Source: a virus. From it: a DNA stretch of 64,000 bases. A program made the position numbers and the translations under genes. Location: IMG/VR virus record IMGVR_UViG_3300027759_000079, positions 4,850 to 68,849 of that record; one strand, given 5' to 3'. Positions 36,345 to 45,487 of the stretch are shown piece by piece. The notes beneath the pieces were generated by a model. That model saw nothing but the letters and a program-made list of their open reading frames with translations, made no database searches and was not told where the DNA came from. The stretch's first letter is position 1. Every line of letters starts with the position of its first letter.

Positions 36345-38393
36345 TTACTTGCTGGTTGCGTGATAAACACCGTCCCAATCTTTGGGTAAGTTTGTGGTTT
36401 TGAGTTCGGAGATTCTGCTTTCCAGCATCTCGTAATACTCAATCATCTTTAGATTTTCTGCTTTGAGTCTAGTCAGGTAGATCATTGCTTCGTCCCAGTT
36501 CATCGCGTAATAGAAATCCATCATCTTCTTGTGATGAGAAACAATCTTATTTGCCTTCTCATCGTTCGTGATTACGGTATAAATCTTAATCCCTTCCTTC
36601 TTCCCTTTGACCGCGATGTTGTCTAACTCTAAGAAATTAAAAGAGTTTTCGATGCCTTTCACGGTTTGTTCGCCAATGACGATTCCAACGTGATAAGGTT
36701 TGCTTTGACCTTCCAAGCGAGATGAGAGATTGACTGCATCTCCAAGGCAAGTATAGTCAAAACGATTTTCTGAACCCATGTTTCCAACTACAACGGAGCC
36801 AGAATTGACGCCAACGCCAATGGAAAGTTGCGGTAATTTTTCCAACGCGAGTTGTTTATTTAGCTCATCGAGCTTGACGAACATCTCAACAGCGCACTCA
36901 ATAGCTAATTCTTTGTGGCGCGCTACATCAACAGGCGCGTTCCAGAAAGCCATAACTGCATCGCCAATTAGTTTATCAACAGTTCCATCTTTACTCATAA
37001 CGAGCTTGAGCATAGGAGTCATGTAACGGTTAATCAAAGAAGTTAATCCTTGAGGATCAGTCTTGAAATGCTCGCTAAGTGCAGTAAAACCGCGAACGTC
37101 AGAGAAAAGGATTGTCAAGTTTTTCGTTTCGCCGCCAAGTTTTAATAGTTCTGGATTAGTTTGGAGCTTTTTGACCATTGCAGGAGCAAGATAGTGTTCA
37201 AACTGCTTTCTGATTTGCTGCTTCTGTTTAAACTCGTTGATGAAGCGCATGAACGCAGACACAGAGAAGCAGATGAAAAGGCTAAAGACTATCCAACTAT
37301 AATCAAAAAGTAGTCCATTGCCAAAGGCTTTGGCGCCATAAATGACTGGCGCAACCATCAAACCGATGGATAATCCAGCGCAAACTAAGTAATTCAACCA
37401 AATGAACGCGACTATAACTAACAATGCAGCAAGAGTGCCATACAGAACCTCGTATAAATTGAATTCAGACGGTCTTTCGAGTCTTGAGTCATCTAGCAGC
37501 ATTTGAGCGGCAAATAGCGGTATTTCGTAACCATTCTTGATATTAACCGATGTTGCGACAGTGTTGGAAAGACCTTCTGCTGTTGGCGCAATCATCACGA
37601 TCTTGCCTTTAACTGCTGACCAATCTTCTTTCGTGAATGAAAAAGACTCAAAGGTGTATTTGAAATTCAACCAAACTCGCCCATTCTCGTCAGTTTTAAT
37701 TGTTTTAAATTTAGGAATACGAACGGCAGATACGCCAGCTTGATTAACTTTTGCTTGGTAACTTGGGTCATTTGAAGCTACGCGCAAAATTTCTAATGGC
37801 AGTGTTGGGTAAAACTCTTTGTTCACTTGAACGATCAGCGGTAATCTTCTTACTACGCCATCAACTTCGGGCGCAGTTAAGAGCATACCAACGCCAGCAG
37901 CAGCTTCGCCAAGTTCTTTTGTCGGCCCAATCGCCGCAGAGTAATCAAATAGCCAATCATTGATGCCACTGCCAACAACTGCTACGCCTCTTGGCACAGG
38001 TGAGCCTTTTCCTTTATTTGCCGCAGATTGACTAATGATTACAGGATACTTGCCGAAAGTTTCTTTTAGTGCGGCGTCTCCATTGAATCGGTCACTCTCA
38101 GCAAAAATAATCGGCAATACGACAATCTCTGCTCCGTTATCAAATGCCTTTGTTATTGCGTCGGCTAAGATTTGTCTTGGAAAAGGCCATTGACCATGCT
38201 TCTCAAGAGTTTTCTCATCTATCTCTACTACAACAACACTTTCACTTTGGACTTTCTCTTGAGTGATCTGATAGTAATCTAATGCTTTTAATCTCGCCGT
38301 CTCAATGAAGAATGGGTCTTGAACTCTTAAAGTTACTAGACAAATTAAAACTAACAGTGATGCGATTGCTGTATAGATTCTATATTTCTTCAT
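36345..38393 (-). CDS. CHASE2-domain class III adenylate cyclase
   Basis: VVEIDEKTL..GQWPFPR, DGVVRRLPL (CHASE2), three TM helices, ILFSDVRGFT, VDKLIGDAVM, DYTCLGDAVNLSSRLEG, VKGK. Confidence 0.93.
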   Translation of the reverse strand: MKKYRIYTAIASLLVLICLVTLRVQDPFFIETARLKALDYYQITQEKVQSESVVVVEIDEKTLEKHGQWPFPRQILADAITKAFDNGAEIVVLPIIFAESDRFNGDAALKETFGKYPVIISQSAANKGKGSPVPRGVAVVGSGINDWLFDYSAAIGPTKELGEAAAGVGMLLTAPEVDGVVRRLPLIVQVNKEFYPTLPLEILRVASNDPSYQAKVNQAGVSAVRIPKFKTIKTDENGRVWLNFKYTFESFSFTKEDWSAVKGKIVMIAPTAEGLSNTVATSVNIKNGYEIPLFAAQMLLDDSRLERPSEFNLYEVLYGTLAALLVIVAFIWLNYLVCAGLSIGLMVAPVIYGAKAFGNGLLFDYSWIVFSLFICFSVSAFMRFINEFKQKQQIRKQFEHYLAPAMVKKLQTNPELLKLGGETKNLTILFSDVRGFTALSEHFKTDPQGLTSLINRYMTPMLKLVMSKDGTVDKLIGDAVMAFWNAPVDVARHKELAIECAVEMFVKLDELNKQLALEKLPQLSIGVGVNSGSVVVGNMGSENRFDYTCLGDAVNLSSRLEGQSKPYHVGIVIGEQTVKGIENSFNFLELDNIAVKGKKEGIKIYTVITNDEKANKIVSHHKKMMDFYYAMNWDEAMIYLTRLKAENLKMIEYYEMLESRISELKTTNLPKDWDGVYHATSK

Positions 38394-39577
38394 CTCTGAG
38401 TAATGTAAACTTTACTTTTTTCACCGTAGTTTAAAACGTAAGCTTGACCATTAACAGTAACGGTAGAGTTAGCGTCGTATTTGGTGGTAAATTTGATTAC
38501 ACCTTTATCAGTAGATAGAGACAATGAAGCGTATTTTCCGTCAGTAGTAAATCCGTTGTTAACAGTAGCTGTTGCTGATATTATATTATTTGTCTGAATT
38601 GGATTCGTGATTGAAGGCACTTCAACTTTAGGAGCTTCTTGAACTGTGGCAAAATTTGCAACAGTTGCAGGAACTTCAACTTTTGGAGCTTCAACTGTTG
38701 GAGCTTCTATTTTAGCGTCCAGTTTTATTTGAACAACCTCCGCTACTTGTTTAGGCGGAGGCGGAGCATCTGTTGTTGTGCTTGCGGCTTCTGTTACCGA
38801 TTCAGAAGCAGTTTGTTGTGCTACTTGAGTTTTAGTATCTACAGTTTTCTTATTTGATTTATCGTCTTTCTTGTCTTCGGCTTTATCTTTTTCAGACGAA
38901 ACTTTTTTTATCTCTTTACTATTCTTAGTGATAGATTTATTACTCTCTACCAGAAGATTATTATTGATCTTAGATTCATCATTCAAATCTAGAATAACTG
39001 GTGCTGTTGGATTAGAGAAGGCAGAGGAGATAAACGTTGCTTGGTAAGCCTGATTCAAGACAACTGTACCACTAGAGTTGGTAACTTCAATCGAACCTAC
39101 AACTGGCGGCAAACCAGTTAACGATGGAAGAGACGGCAAAAGAACAATTAAACTTTTACCGTCTTCTCCTACGCTCATCGAGAAATCAGTTCCTCTAACT
39201 GATACAACAGCAGTTGGAGTTTTGATTTTTATATTTTCTCTACTATTCTTTGCTATTAGCCCAGAAGTATATCTCACTGTTCCCGATGCAGCTTTGATCG
39301 ACAAAGAACCTTTGCCGCTAGATGGATCATAAACAAACTCGTCGATTTTTAATTTAGAGAACTCTGTAATCTGGACTCTTGTATCGTCTTCAAAAGTAAT
39401 GCCAACGCGAGATTGAAGTGTTTCGATAGTATCAAACATCTCAACCCCAACGTTAGCTTTACCATCAATCTTGCTCTTATCTCTGGTAATTTGAGTTGGG
39501 CCAGTAGCCTCTACTATTTTACCAGATGAACCAAAAAGAGATAAAGCCGTTAATAAAAATATAACGGCAAATCTCAT
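38390..39577 (-). CDS. FecR-domain periplasmic protein
   Basis: Signal peptide; DTIET, ITFEDDT, IKTPTAVVSVRGTDF; Pro/Thr/Ala-rich linker. Confidence 0.85.
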   Translation of the reverse strand: MRFAVIFLLTALSLFGSSGKIVEATGPTQITRDKSKIDGKANVGVEMFDTIETLQSRVGITFEDDTRVQITEFSKLKIDEFVYDPSSGKGSLSIKAASGTVRYTSGLIAKNSRENIKIKTPTAVVSVRGTDFSMSVGEDGKSLIVLLPSLPSLTGLPPVVGSIEVTNSSGTVVLNQAYQATFISSAFSNPTAPVILDLNDESKINNNLLVESNKSITKNSKEIKKVSSEKDKAEDKKDDKSNKKTVDTKTQVAQQTASESVTEAASTTTDAPPPPKQVAEVVQIKLDAKIEAPTVEAPKVEVPATVANFATVQEAPKVEVPSITNPIQTNNIISATATVNNGFTTDGKYASLSLSTDKGVIKFTTKYDANSTVTVNGQAYVLNYGEKSKVYITQR

Positions 39578-40293
39578 TAAGGAATCGGAGGTAAACTAGC
39601 AGCAGTTGTGCTTTGCTGAATGGTAACTGTATTGAAGCTGCCAGTCAAATTGTAGTTCAAAGTTTGCTTTTCTGAACCTGCTTGCTGGAAGTTCATTGTG
39701 TTTGAGCTTCCTAAAACAGTTACAACTTGACTATGACCACTGCCAGCAGCGTTGCCGCCCGGATTACCTGCCTGAGTTGTAGTTAATGTGTTGCTGGAAC
39801 CAGTGATGAGATAATCTAATTTGTTATATTTACCATCATCAATTCCAACTTTCATTACGTTACTATTACCAGTAACAGCGAATTTAACATCGCCATTAAC
39901 AGTGGTCGCTTTGTCGGTGCTGTTACCGATAGCGTCTTTGTTGAGCAAGAATGTATTTGAGTTGCCAGTGAAAGTAAGATCAATATTGTTATTTGCTCCA
40001 TTTGTGAACATCTTTAGGTTATTACTATTACCAGTAGTAATAGATTTAAGGGTCAAGTTGTTACCGATCATGGAGAAGTTAGCATCGTTATTGTCTCCAA
40101 CTTGTCTCATCTCAAAAGTGAGATTGTCGGATGTTATTTCGCTGGGCGTGCCAGACGAACCAATTTTATTAACGCTACCAGTTTGAACAATAGTTGTTGT
40201 ACCAGTAGTGGTGATTTGATTAATGTAGATTTGATTCTGCCCAAAGCAAAGGGCTGATAAAAATACATACAGGGCTAATAGTTTGATTTTCAT
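39577..40293 (-). CDS. curlin-repeat (CsgA/CsgB-like) secreted protein
   Basis: Signal peptide; ~22-aa beta-arcade repeats QTGSVN, QVGDNN, TGNSN x3, TGSSN, LGSSN, TGSFN. Confidence 0.7.
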   Translation of the reverse strand: MKIKLLALYVFLSALCFGQNQIYINQITTTGTTTIVQTGSVNKIGSSGTPSEITSDNLTFEMRQVGDNNDANFSMIGNNLTLKSITTGNSNNLKMFTNGANNNIDLTFTGNSNTFLLNKDAIGNSTDKATTVNGDVKFAVTGNSNVMKVGIDDGKYNKLDYLITGSSNTLTTTQAGNPGGNAAGSGHSQVVTVLGSSNTMNFQQAGSEKQTLNYNLTGSFNTVTIQQSTTAASLPPIP

Positions 40294-41084
40294 TGTTTTT
40301 GAGGGGTTTTATATTTCCAGAATCTCGATTTCTCTCCTTGATCTACTATCTCTATTACTGCTTGTTCAATAGCACTTCTAACAGCTATTGTATTTGGTTC
40401 GTTGGCAGTTAATCCAAGTTCAGCTTCCACAGGAGTTACGCCGTGTTCGTAGAACTTGAATAGGTTGCCTGAAACCGCGACACTAGAAATTGTTTTAGTT
40501 ACAGCTACGCTAAGTAGTATCTCACCTGTTTGTACGCTAACGAAACGAAGTGATACTGTAACAACGTCTTTGCGATATTGAGCACTAGATGATATGCCAA
40601 GAACGCTTGCGCCAGCGCCACCAGTAATTATGTTGGTGTCGTAGCCGATGATACCACCTTCTGCAATGATGCCAGCAAACAGCATAGGAGAGAGCTTTTC
40701 AGCGTCTCTGCCTTGAAAGGTTTCTCTCGTTTGGTTGATTAGCTGCCGTTCTCTAATGATATTGTCTAAACTGGTGCGTTCTAACACCTGAAACCATTGA
40801 CCGCTGCCAGCAACGCGCAAAGCGTCTATAAGCCAGCTTTCCGCGCCTTGTGTGACTGCGGACGAAAAAGAGGCGTAGGAATCTACAGTTTTGCGTTGAC
40901 CAGTCTTATCGACGAAGGAATAGACGGCAATGCTAATTCTAGGACTCTCTGGAGGCGGTAAATTACGCAACTGCTGCTCCAAAGGTGGAGCTTGCAGTTT
41001 AGGCTTCTCTAATATAGCAGGTTTTTGCGGAAAAGATGAGCAACCTACTAGGAAAAGAAGTAAGAATGGAGTTAACCATCTCAT
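40290..41084 (-). CDS. csgG: curli secretion channel lipoprotein CsgG
   Basis: Lipobox LVGC; AVYSFVDKTGQRK, SSAVTQGA, WFQVLER, EGGIIGYD, YRKDVVTVSLR, EAELG..NEP. Confidence 0.92.
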   Translation of the reverse strand: MRWLTPFLLLFLVGCSSFPQKPAILEKPKLQAPPLEQQLRNLPPPESPRISIAVYSFVDKTGQRKTVDSYASFSSAVTQGAESWLIDALRVAGSGQWFQVLERTSLDNIIRERQLINQTRETFQGRDAEKLSPMLFAGIIAEGGIIGYDTNIITGGAGASVLGISSSAQYRKDVVTVSLRFVSVQTGEILLSVAVTKTISSVAVSGNLFKFYEHGVTPVEAELGLTANEPNTIAVRSAIEQAVIEIVDQGEKSRFWKYKTPQKQ

Positions 41085-41086
41085 CC

Positions 41087-41542
41087 TTATCCACCTCCTG
41101 GTTTGAGGACTCCAACAGGAAGCTGAATTTGTGTAGAGCTACCTGTTGCGGGGTCGTTGATATATAGCGTTACTAAATCGCCATTCTTCTGCCAAGTGAC
41201 GGTTGCGCCACCTTGTAAATTAATAATGCCAAATGTTTCGCCGCTTGAATTGAAAATTTGATCTGTAACTTGAGAAGCAAGCTGAGAATAAATTCTTGCC
41301 TGTAAGTTATTTATGAAAGTATTAAGCGGAGTATTTGTAGCTTGAATCTTTTGTTGTTCAAGATCAGCTTTTAAGTTATCCTTAACAGCTTGTTTACGAG
41401 TTCTCGCTAAATTCTCTACTGTGAGAGCGTGTCCAGAGTAGTTAACTCCATTAAAAAATGGAGACTTGAAGGCATGAACCATCTCGCTTCCATGCGAGCT
41501 GGAAATAAAAATAAATAAAATTAGAAAAAATGCCTTCTTCAC
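41087..41542 (-). CDS. csgF: curli assembly protein CsgF
   Basis: Signal peptide, mature SEMVHAFKSPFFNG, FINNLQARIYSQLA, TGSSTQIQLP. Confidence 0.85.
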   Translation of the reverse strand: MKKAFFLILFIFISSSHGSEMVHAFKSPFFNGVNYSGHALTVENLARTRKQAVKDNLKADLEQQKIQATNTPLNTFINNLQARIYSQLASQVTDQIFNSSGETFGIINLQGGATVTWQKNGDLVTLYINDPATGSSTQIQLPVGVLKPGGG

Positions 41543-41553
41543 CTATCATACAA

Positions 41554-42216
41554 TTACACTTTTTTATCGGATTCTTTGAATTGATAGAAGTAATCGTCGT
41601 TATCTAAAGCGACCCACTTGCCTTTACCTTCGCAAGTGAACTCTTTATCAAAGACTTTCCAATCTGGCTTCTCTAATTTTTTAGCGATAAAAGCGCCACC
41701 ATCTTTCCAAACAACTCTATTATTTGGCTGAAAGAATAATTGATTACATTCTTTACCTGTTGAGTCTTGAAGACCCCAAATAAGATGGCCGCATTTGTGT
41801 CCTCCAGCCATTTCAGAATAGCCAAACGCAGCATCAGGATTATCATGCCAGTCTATTGTAAATAAGTATTTGCCCTTAACCCATTCGTGATTCTTGAGTT
41901 GAACTTCAACAGCGGCGTTCTTATGATACTCATATCTTGTTACAGACAAGACATTTGAATAACAATCCCAAAGTTGCAGCCAATCTAAAGGATAGTTAGA
42001 GTGTTTAGAATCTAGCGTCAGATATTGAATCGGCACTCTATCGTGTCTAGAACCATACTCTGTCATTATTTGAAATGTAAGACAGCGACGAGTTAATGAG
42101 GTAACTCCGAAAACTTCACATGAAATATACTCTTTTTCAGCTTTAGTATGATTATAAAGAAAGTCGCTGCTTAAATAAGCATGAAAAACAGGAATATTCG
42201 CATTTAAGTATGGCAT
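41554..42216 (-). CDS. conserved hypothetical phage protein
   Basis: MPYLNANIP...LQLWDC...GKYLFTIDW...HKCGH...QPNNR. Confidence 0.7.
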   Translation of the reverse strand: MPYLNANIPVFHAYLSSDFLYNHTKAEKEYISCEVFGVTSLTRRCLTFQIMTEYGSRHDRVPIQYLTLDSKHSNYPLDWLQLWDCYSNVLSVTRYEYHKNAAVEVQLKNHEWVKGKYLFTIDWHDNPDAAFGYSEMAGGHKCGHLIWGLQDSTGKECNQLFFQPNNRVVWKDGGAFIAKKLEKPDWKVFDKEFTCEGKGKWVALDNDDYFYQFKESDKKV

Positions 42217-42869
42217 TACTTAGTTTTACGCTTTTTTGCTGGTGCTTTGGACTCTTTATTTTTATTTTTAATAAACTCGTTCATATCTTCTACCTTCATA
42301 ATATCTAAATTGGTAGTGATATGATCATAGAATTCAGGGAAACATTCTTTAAATAGCTTAAGATTAATAACTGTTGACTCCATAGAAGGTCTGGAAAAGG
42401 AAGAGTAAAGAGCTTTAACCGCTAGTTCATCGCCTTGTATAACTGCTTCGCGCAATTCTGGACATAAGAAAAGACCAAGGAAACAATCTTTAAAGCTATT
42501 GACTAACATTCCAATAGATAGTTCAAATTGTTTTTGATTTACGAAGAATGTTTCAACTGGAATATTCCAGCTAACCATTGCGTCATCACCGTAATCAATA
42601 CTGATCTTAAGAGTTTTTTCTTTTATCTTGGACCAAATAACCTCACCAAGATAAGGCTGGCAAACAGCGAAAAATCCAGATAGTCTTTCTCTAATGTCCG
42701 CAGGAATCTCTGAATCAAATTGAGTATTGACTGCGATTTTAGTTAAATCGACAATAGCTTCTTTAAAGTTTTTACGAGTAACTTTCTTTTTCAAGACAGA
42801 TTCAAAATCTTTCTTTACTTTAGAAAATTCTGTAAACAAAATTGTTTCTTGTTCTTTGTAAGTCATCAT
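42216..42869 (-). CDS. hypothetical protein
   Basis: 217 aa ORF. Confidence 0.6.
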   Translation of the reverse strand: MMTYKEQETILFTEFSKVKKDFESVLKKKVTRKNFKEAIVDLTKIAVNTQFDSEIPADIRERLSGFFAVCQPYLGEVIWSKIKEKTLKISIDYGDDAMVSWNIPVETFFVNQKQFELSIGMLVNSFKDCFLGLFLCPELREAVIQGDELAVKALYSSFSRPSMESTVINLKLFKECFPEFYDHITTNLDIMKVEDMNEFIKNKNKESKAPAKKRKTK

Positions 42870-42892
42870 TATTGGATTTCCTTATTTGCTCA

Positions 42893-43207
42893 TTAGCTTT
42901 TCCATCCAGTTTCAGATTGCTGAAAAGAGTGAAGGGTAATCATACAGTCGCAAACATAATCTTGCGTTGCAAGCCATCCGAGAACTCGCAACTTTTCAAG
43001 CCCAAAGCCAATATTCTTAACTTCCATTTCAAATCTTCTTGGAGTTTCGATTGGAAGACCTTCTTCGGATAATGTAATAAGAAGCATTAGTTTTGTATCA
43101 TCGAGATCATTTGTGGAAATAATCGAGGCTTTATAAAGCGTAAGTTCTTGGATATTAAGATGCTTGCGCGACTTTTCTGTGAGGGCGAATGTAACTTCGT
43201 ATTTCAT
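42893..43207 (-). CDS. hypothetical protein
   Basis: 104 aa, ATGA overlap. Confidence 0.5.
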   Translation of the reverse strand: MKYEVTFALTEKSRKHLNIQELTLYKASIISTNDLDDTKLMLLITLSEEGLPIETPRRFEMEVKNIGFGLEKLRVLGWLATQDYVCDCMITLHSFQQSETGWKS

Positions 43208-44193
43208 GTTAAGAAATCTTTAATTTTTTGAATTGCTGTGGTTTTTTCAAGGAAAGCTTGTTGGACAAACTGCCGTTGATGTTTAAGTTCTTGCTCGTAG
43301 TTCAATGATGAAACATAATTTGTCAAGCCTTTTGACAATCTTTTTTCATCAATAATGATATTAGGAGATAAATTATACCCGCAGTTCTTAATAGTATTTT
43401 CGCATCCAGCGTCGAACAACATAACAACATCATTCATTAAAGACTCATAGAAACGATTCGCCAAGAAAGCGTAGTTTGAGTGAGTGTGTAGATCTTCAAT
43501 GTAGATTGAGTATTTATATTTGCGTAAATCCTCTTCGTTCTTCTTCCAAGACAATTTTTCAACATAACTGCATTTGCAGTTGATCGCTTGGAATTTCTTA
43601 ACATTCTTTGGTGAACAAGAAAGAGAAACGCCTTCTGTTAAAAACTTCTCGAAAGAAACTTGGCGATGCTTACGGTAAGTGCCATAGTAAATGATACCGT
43701 CCTTATCGGCAGGATTCGTCGGATTGCGCGTATCCATAATCAAAGAATTAAGATTCACGGTAAGCCACTCAACAATAAAGTCGTTTAGCTTTTTGCCCGC
43801 GATGTTTTTATTGAGAATCCAGTGGCGATAACCGCTACGAGGATTATTGCAGATCATGTCATACTTTAATCCATGATTAATTACGCCATAGCGAAGAAGC
43901 TGATTGTCTTCAATGTCATGGTCGTTAACTAGCCAAACATACCTCGCGTTTGGATTCTTCGTCAAAATTTCGCGGTAAGGAACATGAGGCATATACGGTG
44001 ACGCATACGCGCAAATGATTACGTCGTACTGGTTGGCTAAGATTTGTGGCAATTTGTATTCGCCATCCAATAGGTCTGCGCCGAGTGCCTCGGCCAGAAT
44101 CAAGCTGTTACGGCAATGAACGATTGATGTATCGTCAAACTCATTTGACAGCGGCTTTCTCTTGCTTGTGCTTTCGATGATTAAGATTTTCAT
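43204..44193 (-). CDS. GT-B glycosyltransferase resembling T4 DNA beta-glucosyltransferase
   Basis: IIYYGTYRKHR and SIYIED..SNYAFLANRFYESLMNDVVMLFD parallel the T4 BGT C-domain motifs as recalled (IYGGSFR; IIGD..NFITLRVWETMASDAVMLID). Confidence 0.55.
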   Translation of the reverse strand: MKILIIESTSKRKPLSNEFDDTSIVHCRNSLILAEALGADLLDGEYKLPQILANQYDVIICAYASPYMPHVPYREILTKNPNARYVWLVNDHDIEDNQLLRYGVINHGLKYDMICNNPRSGYRHWILNKNIAGKKLNDFIVEWLTVNLNSLIMDTRNPTNPADKDGIIYYGTYRKHRQVSFEKFLTEGVSLSCSPKNVKKFQAINCKCSYVEKLSWKKNEEDLRKYKYSIYIEDLHTHSNYAFLANRFYESLMNDVVMLFDAGCENTIKNCGYNLSPNIIIDEKRLSKGLTNYVSSLNYEQELKHQRQFVQQAFLEKTTAIQKIKDFLT

Positions 44194-44566
44194 TAAATTT
44201 TGCGAATTCGCCTTGTTCGTTTGAGTAGTAAATTTCTTTGAAAATTACATCGCCCAAAAGCTTTTGGCAGTGTTTGCAAGGTTTACCCATAGCTATTTTT
44301 TCGTTTCTGTCAATACGAAATGTAACTAAAGTATTTTTCGAGTGATCGACCTTGCCAGATTTAATGACGGCGCACGCTTCGGCATGGATGCCGCTTCCTT
44401 CAAAATAACCGTACTTTCTGTTTATCGGGTGAGACTTGTTTGAGTTTCTTCCGATAGAAACGACACGATTCTTGTGCAGTATAAAAGCAAAATGACGACA
44501 CCGGATTCCAGTGTCGTCATAGATAATTAGATTTTTTGCTAGGTTTACGAGACGCTCAAACTTCAT
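44141..44566 (-). CDS. cytidine/dCMP deaminase-fold protein
   Basis: IHAE and KPCKHC zinc motifs, EIYYS. Confidence 0.8.
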   Translation of the reverse strand: MKFERLVNLAKNLIIYDDTGIRCRHFAFILHKNRVVSIGRNSNKSHPINRKYGYFEGSGIHAEACAVIKSGKVDHSKNTLVTFRIDRNEKIAMGKPCKHCQKLLGDVIFKEIYYSNEQGEFAKFNENLNHRKHKQEKAAVK

Positions 44567-44952
44567 TAGAAGTTATATCTAATGCGGACTTCGCCGCCTG
44601 TGTCAAGGAATTTTGATGGCAATTTAGAATTTAAACGCTTGCCATTGCTTCCTTCAAACTTGAGTTTAACATCAACTTTGCTGATAGAGACTTTGGTTCC
44701 GAGTTCAAAAGTGTCCATGTTTTGACCTTTGTTAAAGGAATTGACATATTGACGACCTTTGCCAACTTCGGCATAAACCCAAGGATAAGCTACGCCAACG
44801 CGAGCTTCATGGGAATATGTTTGGGTATTCCAGTTAGTAGCGGAGGTGTTATTCTTGGACTCTAGATAAAATGGGATACCAGCGTGAGCTTTGGTAGCCA
44901 AAAGAGCTAGAGTTAACGAAACGATGAATAGTTTAATTTTGTTCATAATCAT
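44566..44952 (-). CDS. secreted outer-membrane beta-strand protein
   Basis: Signal peptide ending AHA, alternating beta strands, C-terminal VRIRYNF (BAM-type signal). Confidence 0.55.
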   Translation of the reverse strand: MIMNKIKLFIVSLTLALLATKAHAGIPFYLESKNNTSATNWNTQTYSHEARVGVAYPWVYAEVGKGRQYVNSFNKGQNMDTFELGTKVSISKVDVKLKFEGSNGKRLNSKLPSKFLDTGGEVRIRYNF

Positions 44953-44971
44953 TATAATTATTACATTAACT

Positions 44972-45457
44972 TTAATTTTTTCTATAAATAAGTTTTAAAA
45001 ACAATTCGCTTTCTTGATTAACTTCCTCGAAACCATAAGATTTAATTAATTTTAAATAAGAGTCGAATCTTTTGCGCTTTTTGAATACATGAACAGTGAT
45101 TTCTCGGTATTTGGATATTTCTAAGTAATTCGTGAAGGCTTGTTTGATCTGTTCGGTTTGATGGATAACTTTGGGGTCAGAGAACATATAAGTGAACTCT
45201 GCTGAGATGCTAGTGGTTTCTCGGAATACTAATGCGCCAAAGATTTTGCCTTTGTCATTTTTAAACACACAAGACGTTCTAAAGTTATTTTGTAGGTTTA
45301 AAGATATTTCCTTAAAGAATAAAGAAGGCGAGGCAATCGTTGTTATACCAAATGAGGCTTGGGCTTTTACCGCTAATCTTAAAACGTCGGGTAAATCAGA
45401 CAAACGCATTGGCATTACGGTAAATGCGTCTATTTTTATATGGTTTTTCTGACTCAT
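44972..45457 (-). CDS. GNAT-like acetyltransferase
   Basis: MPMRLSDLPDV...KIFGAL...LIKSYGFEE. Confidence 0.5.
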   Translation of the reverse strand: MSQKNHIKIDAFTVMPMRLSDLPDVLRLAVKAQASFGITTIASPSLFFKEISLNLQNNFRTSCVFKNDKGKIFGALVFRETTSISAEFTYMFSDPKVIHQTEQIKQAFTNYLEISKYREITVHVFKKRKRFDSYLKLIKSYGFEEVNQESELFLKLIYRKN

Positions 45458-45487
45458 GGGTGTAATATAATCTAAAGGTAAAAGGAA

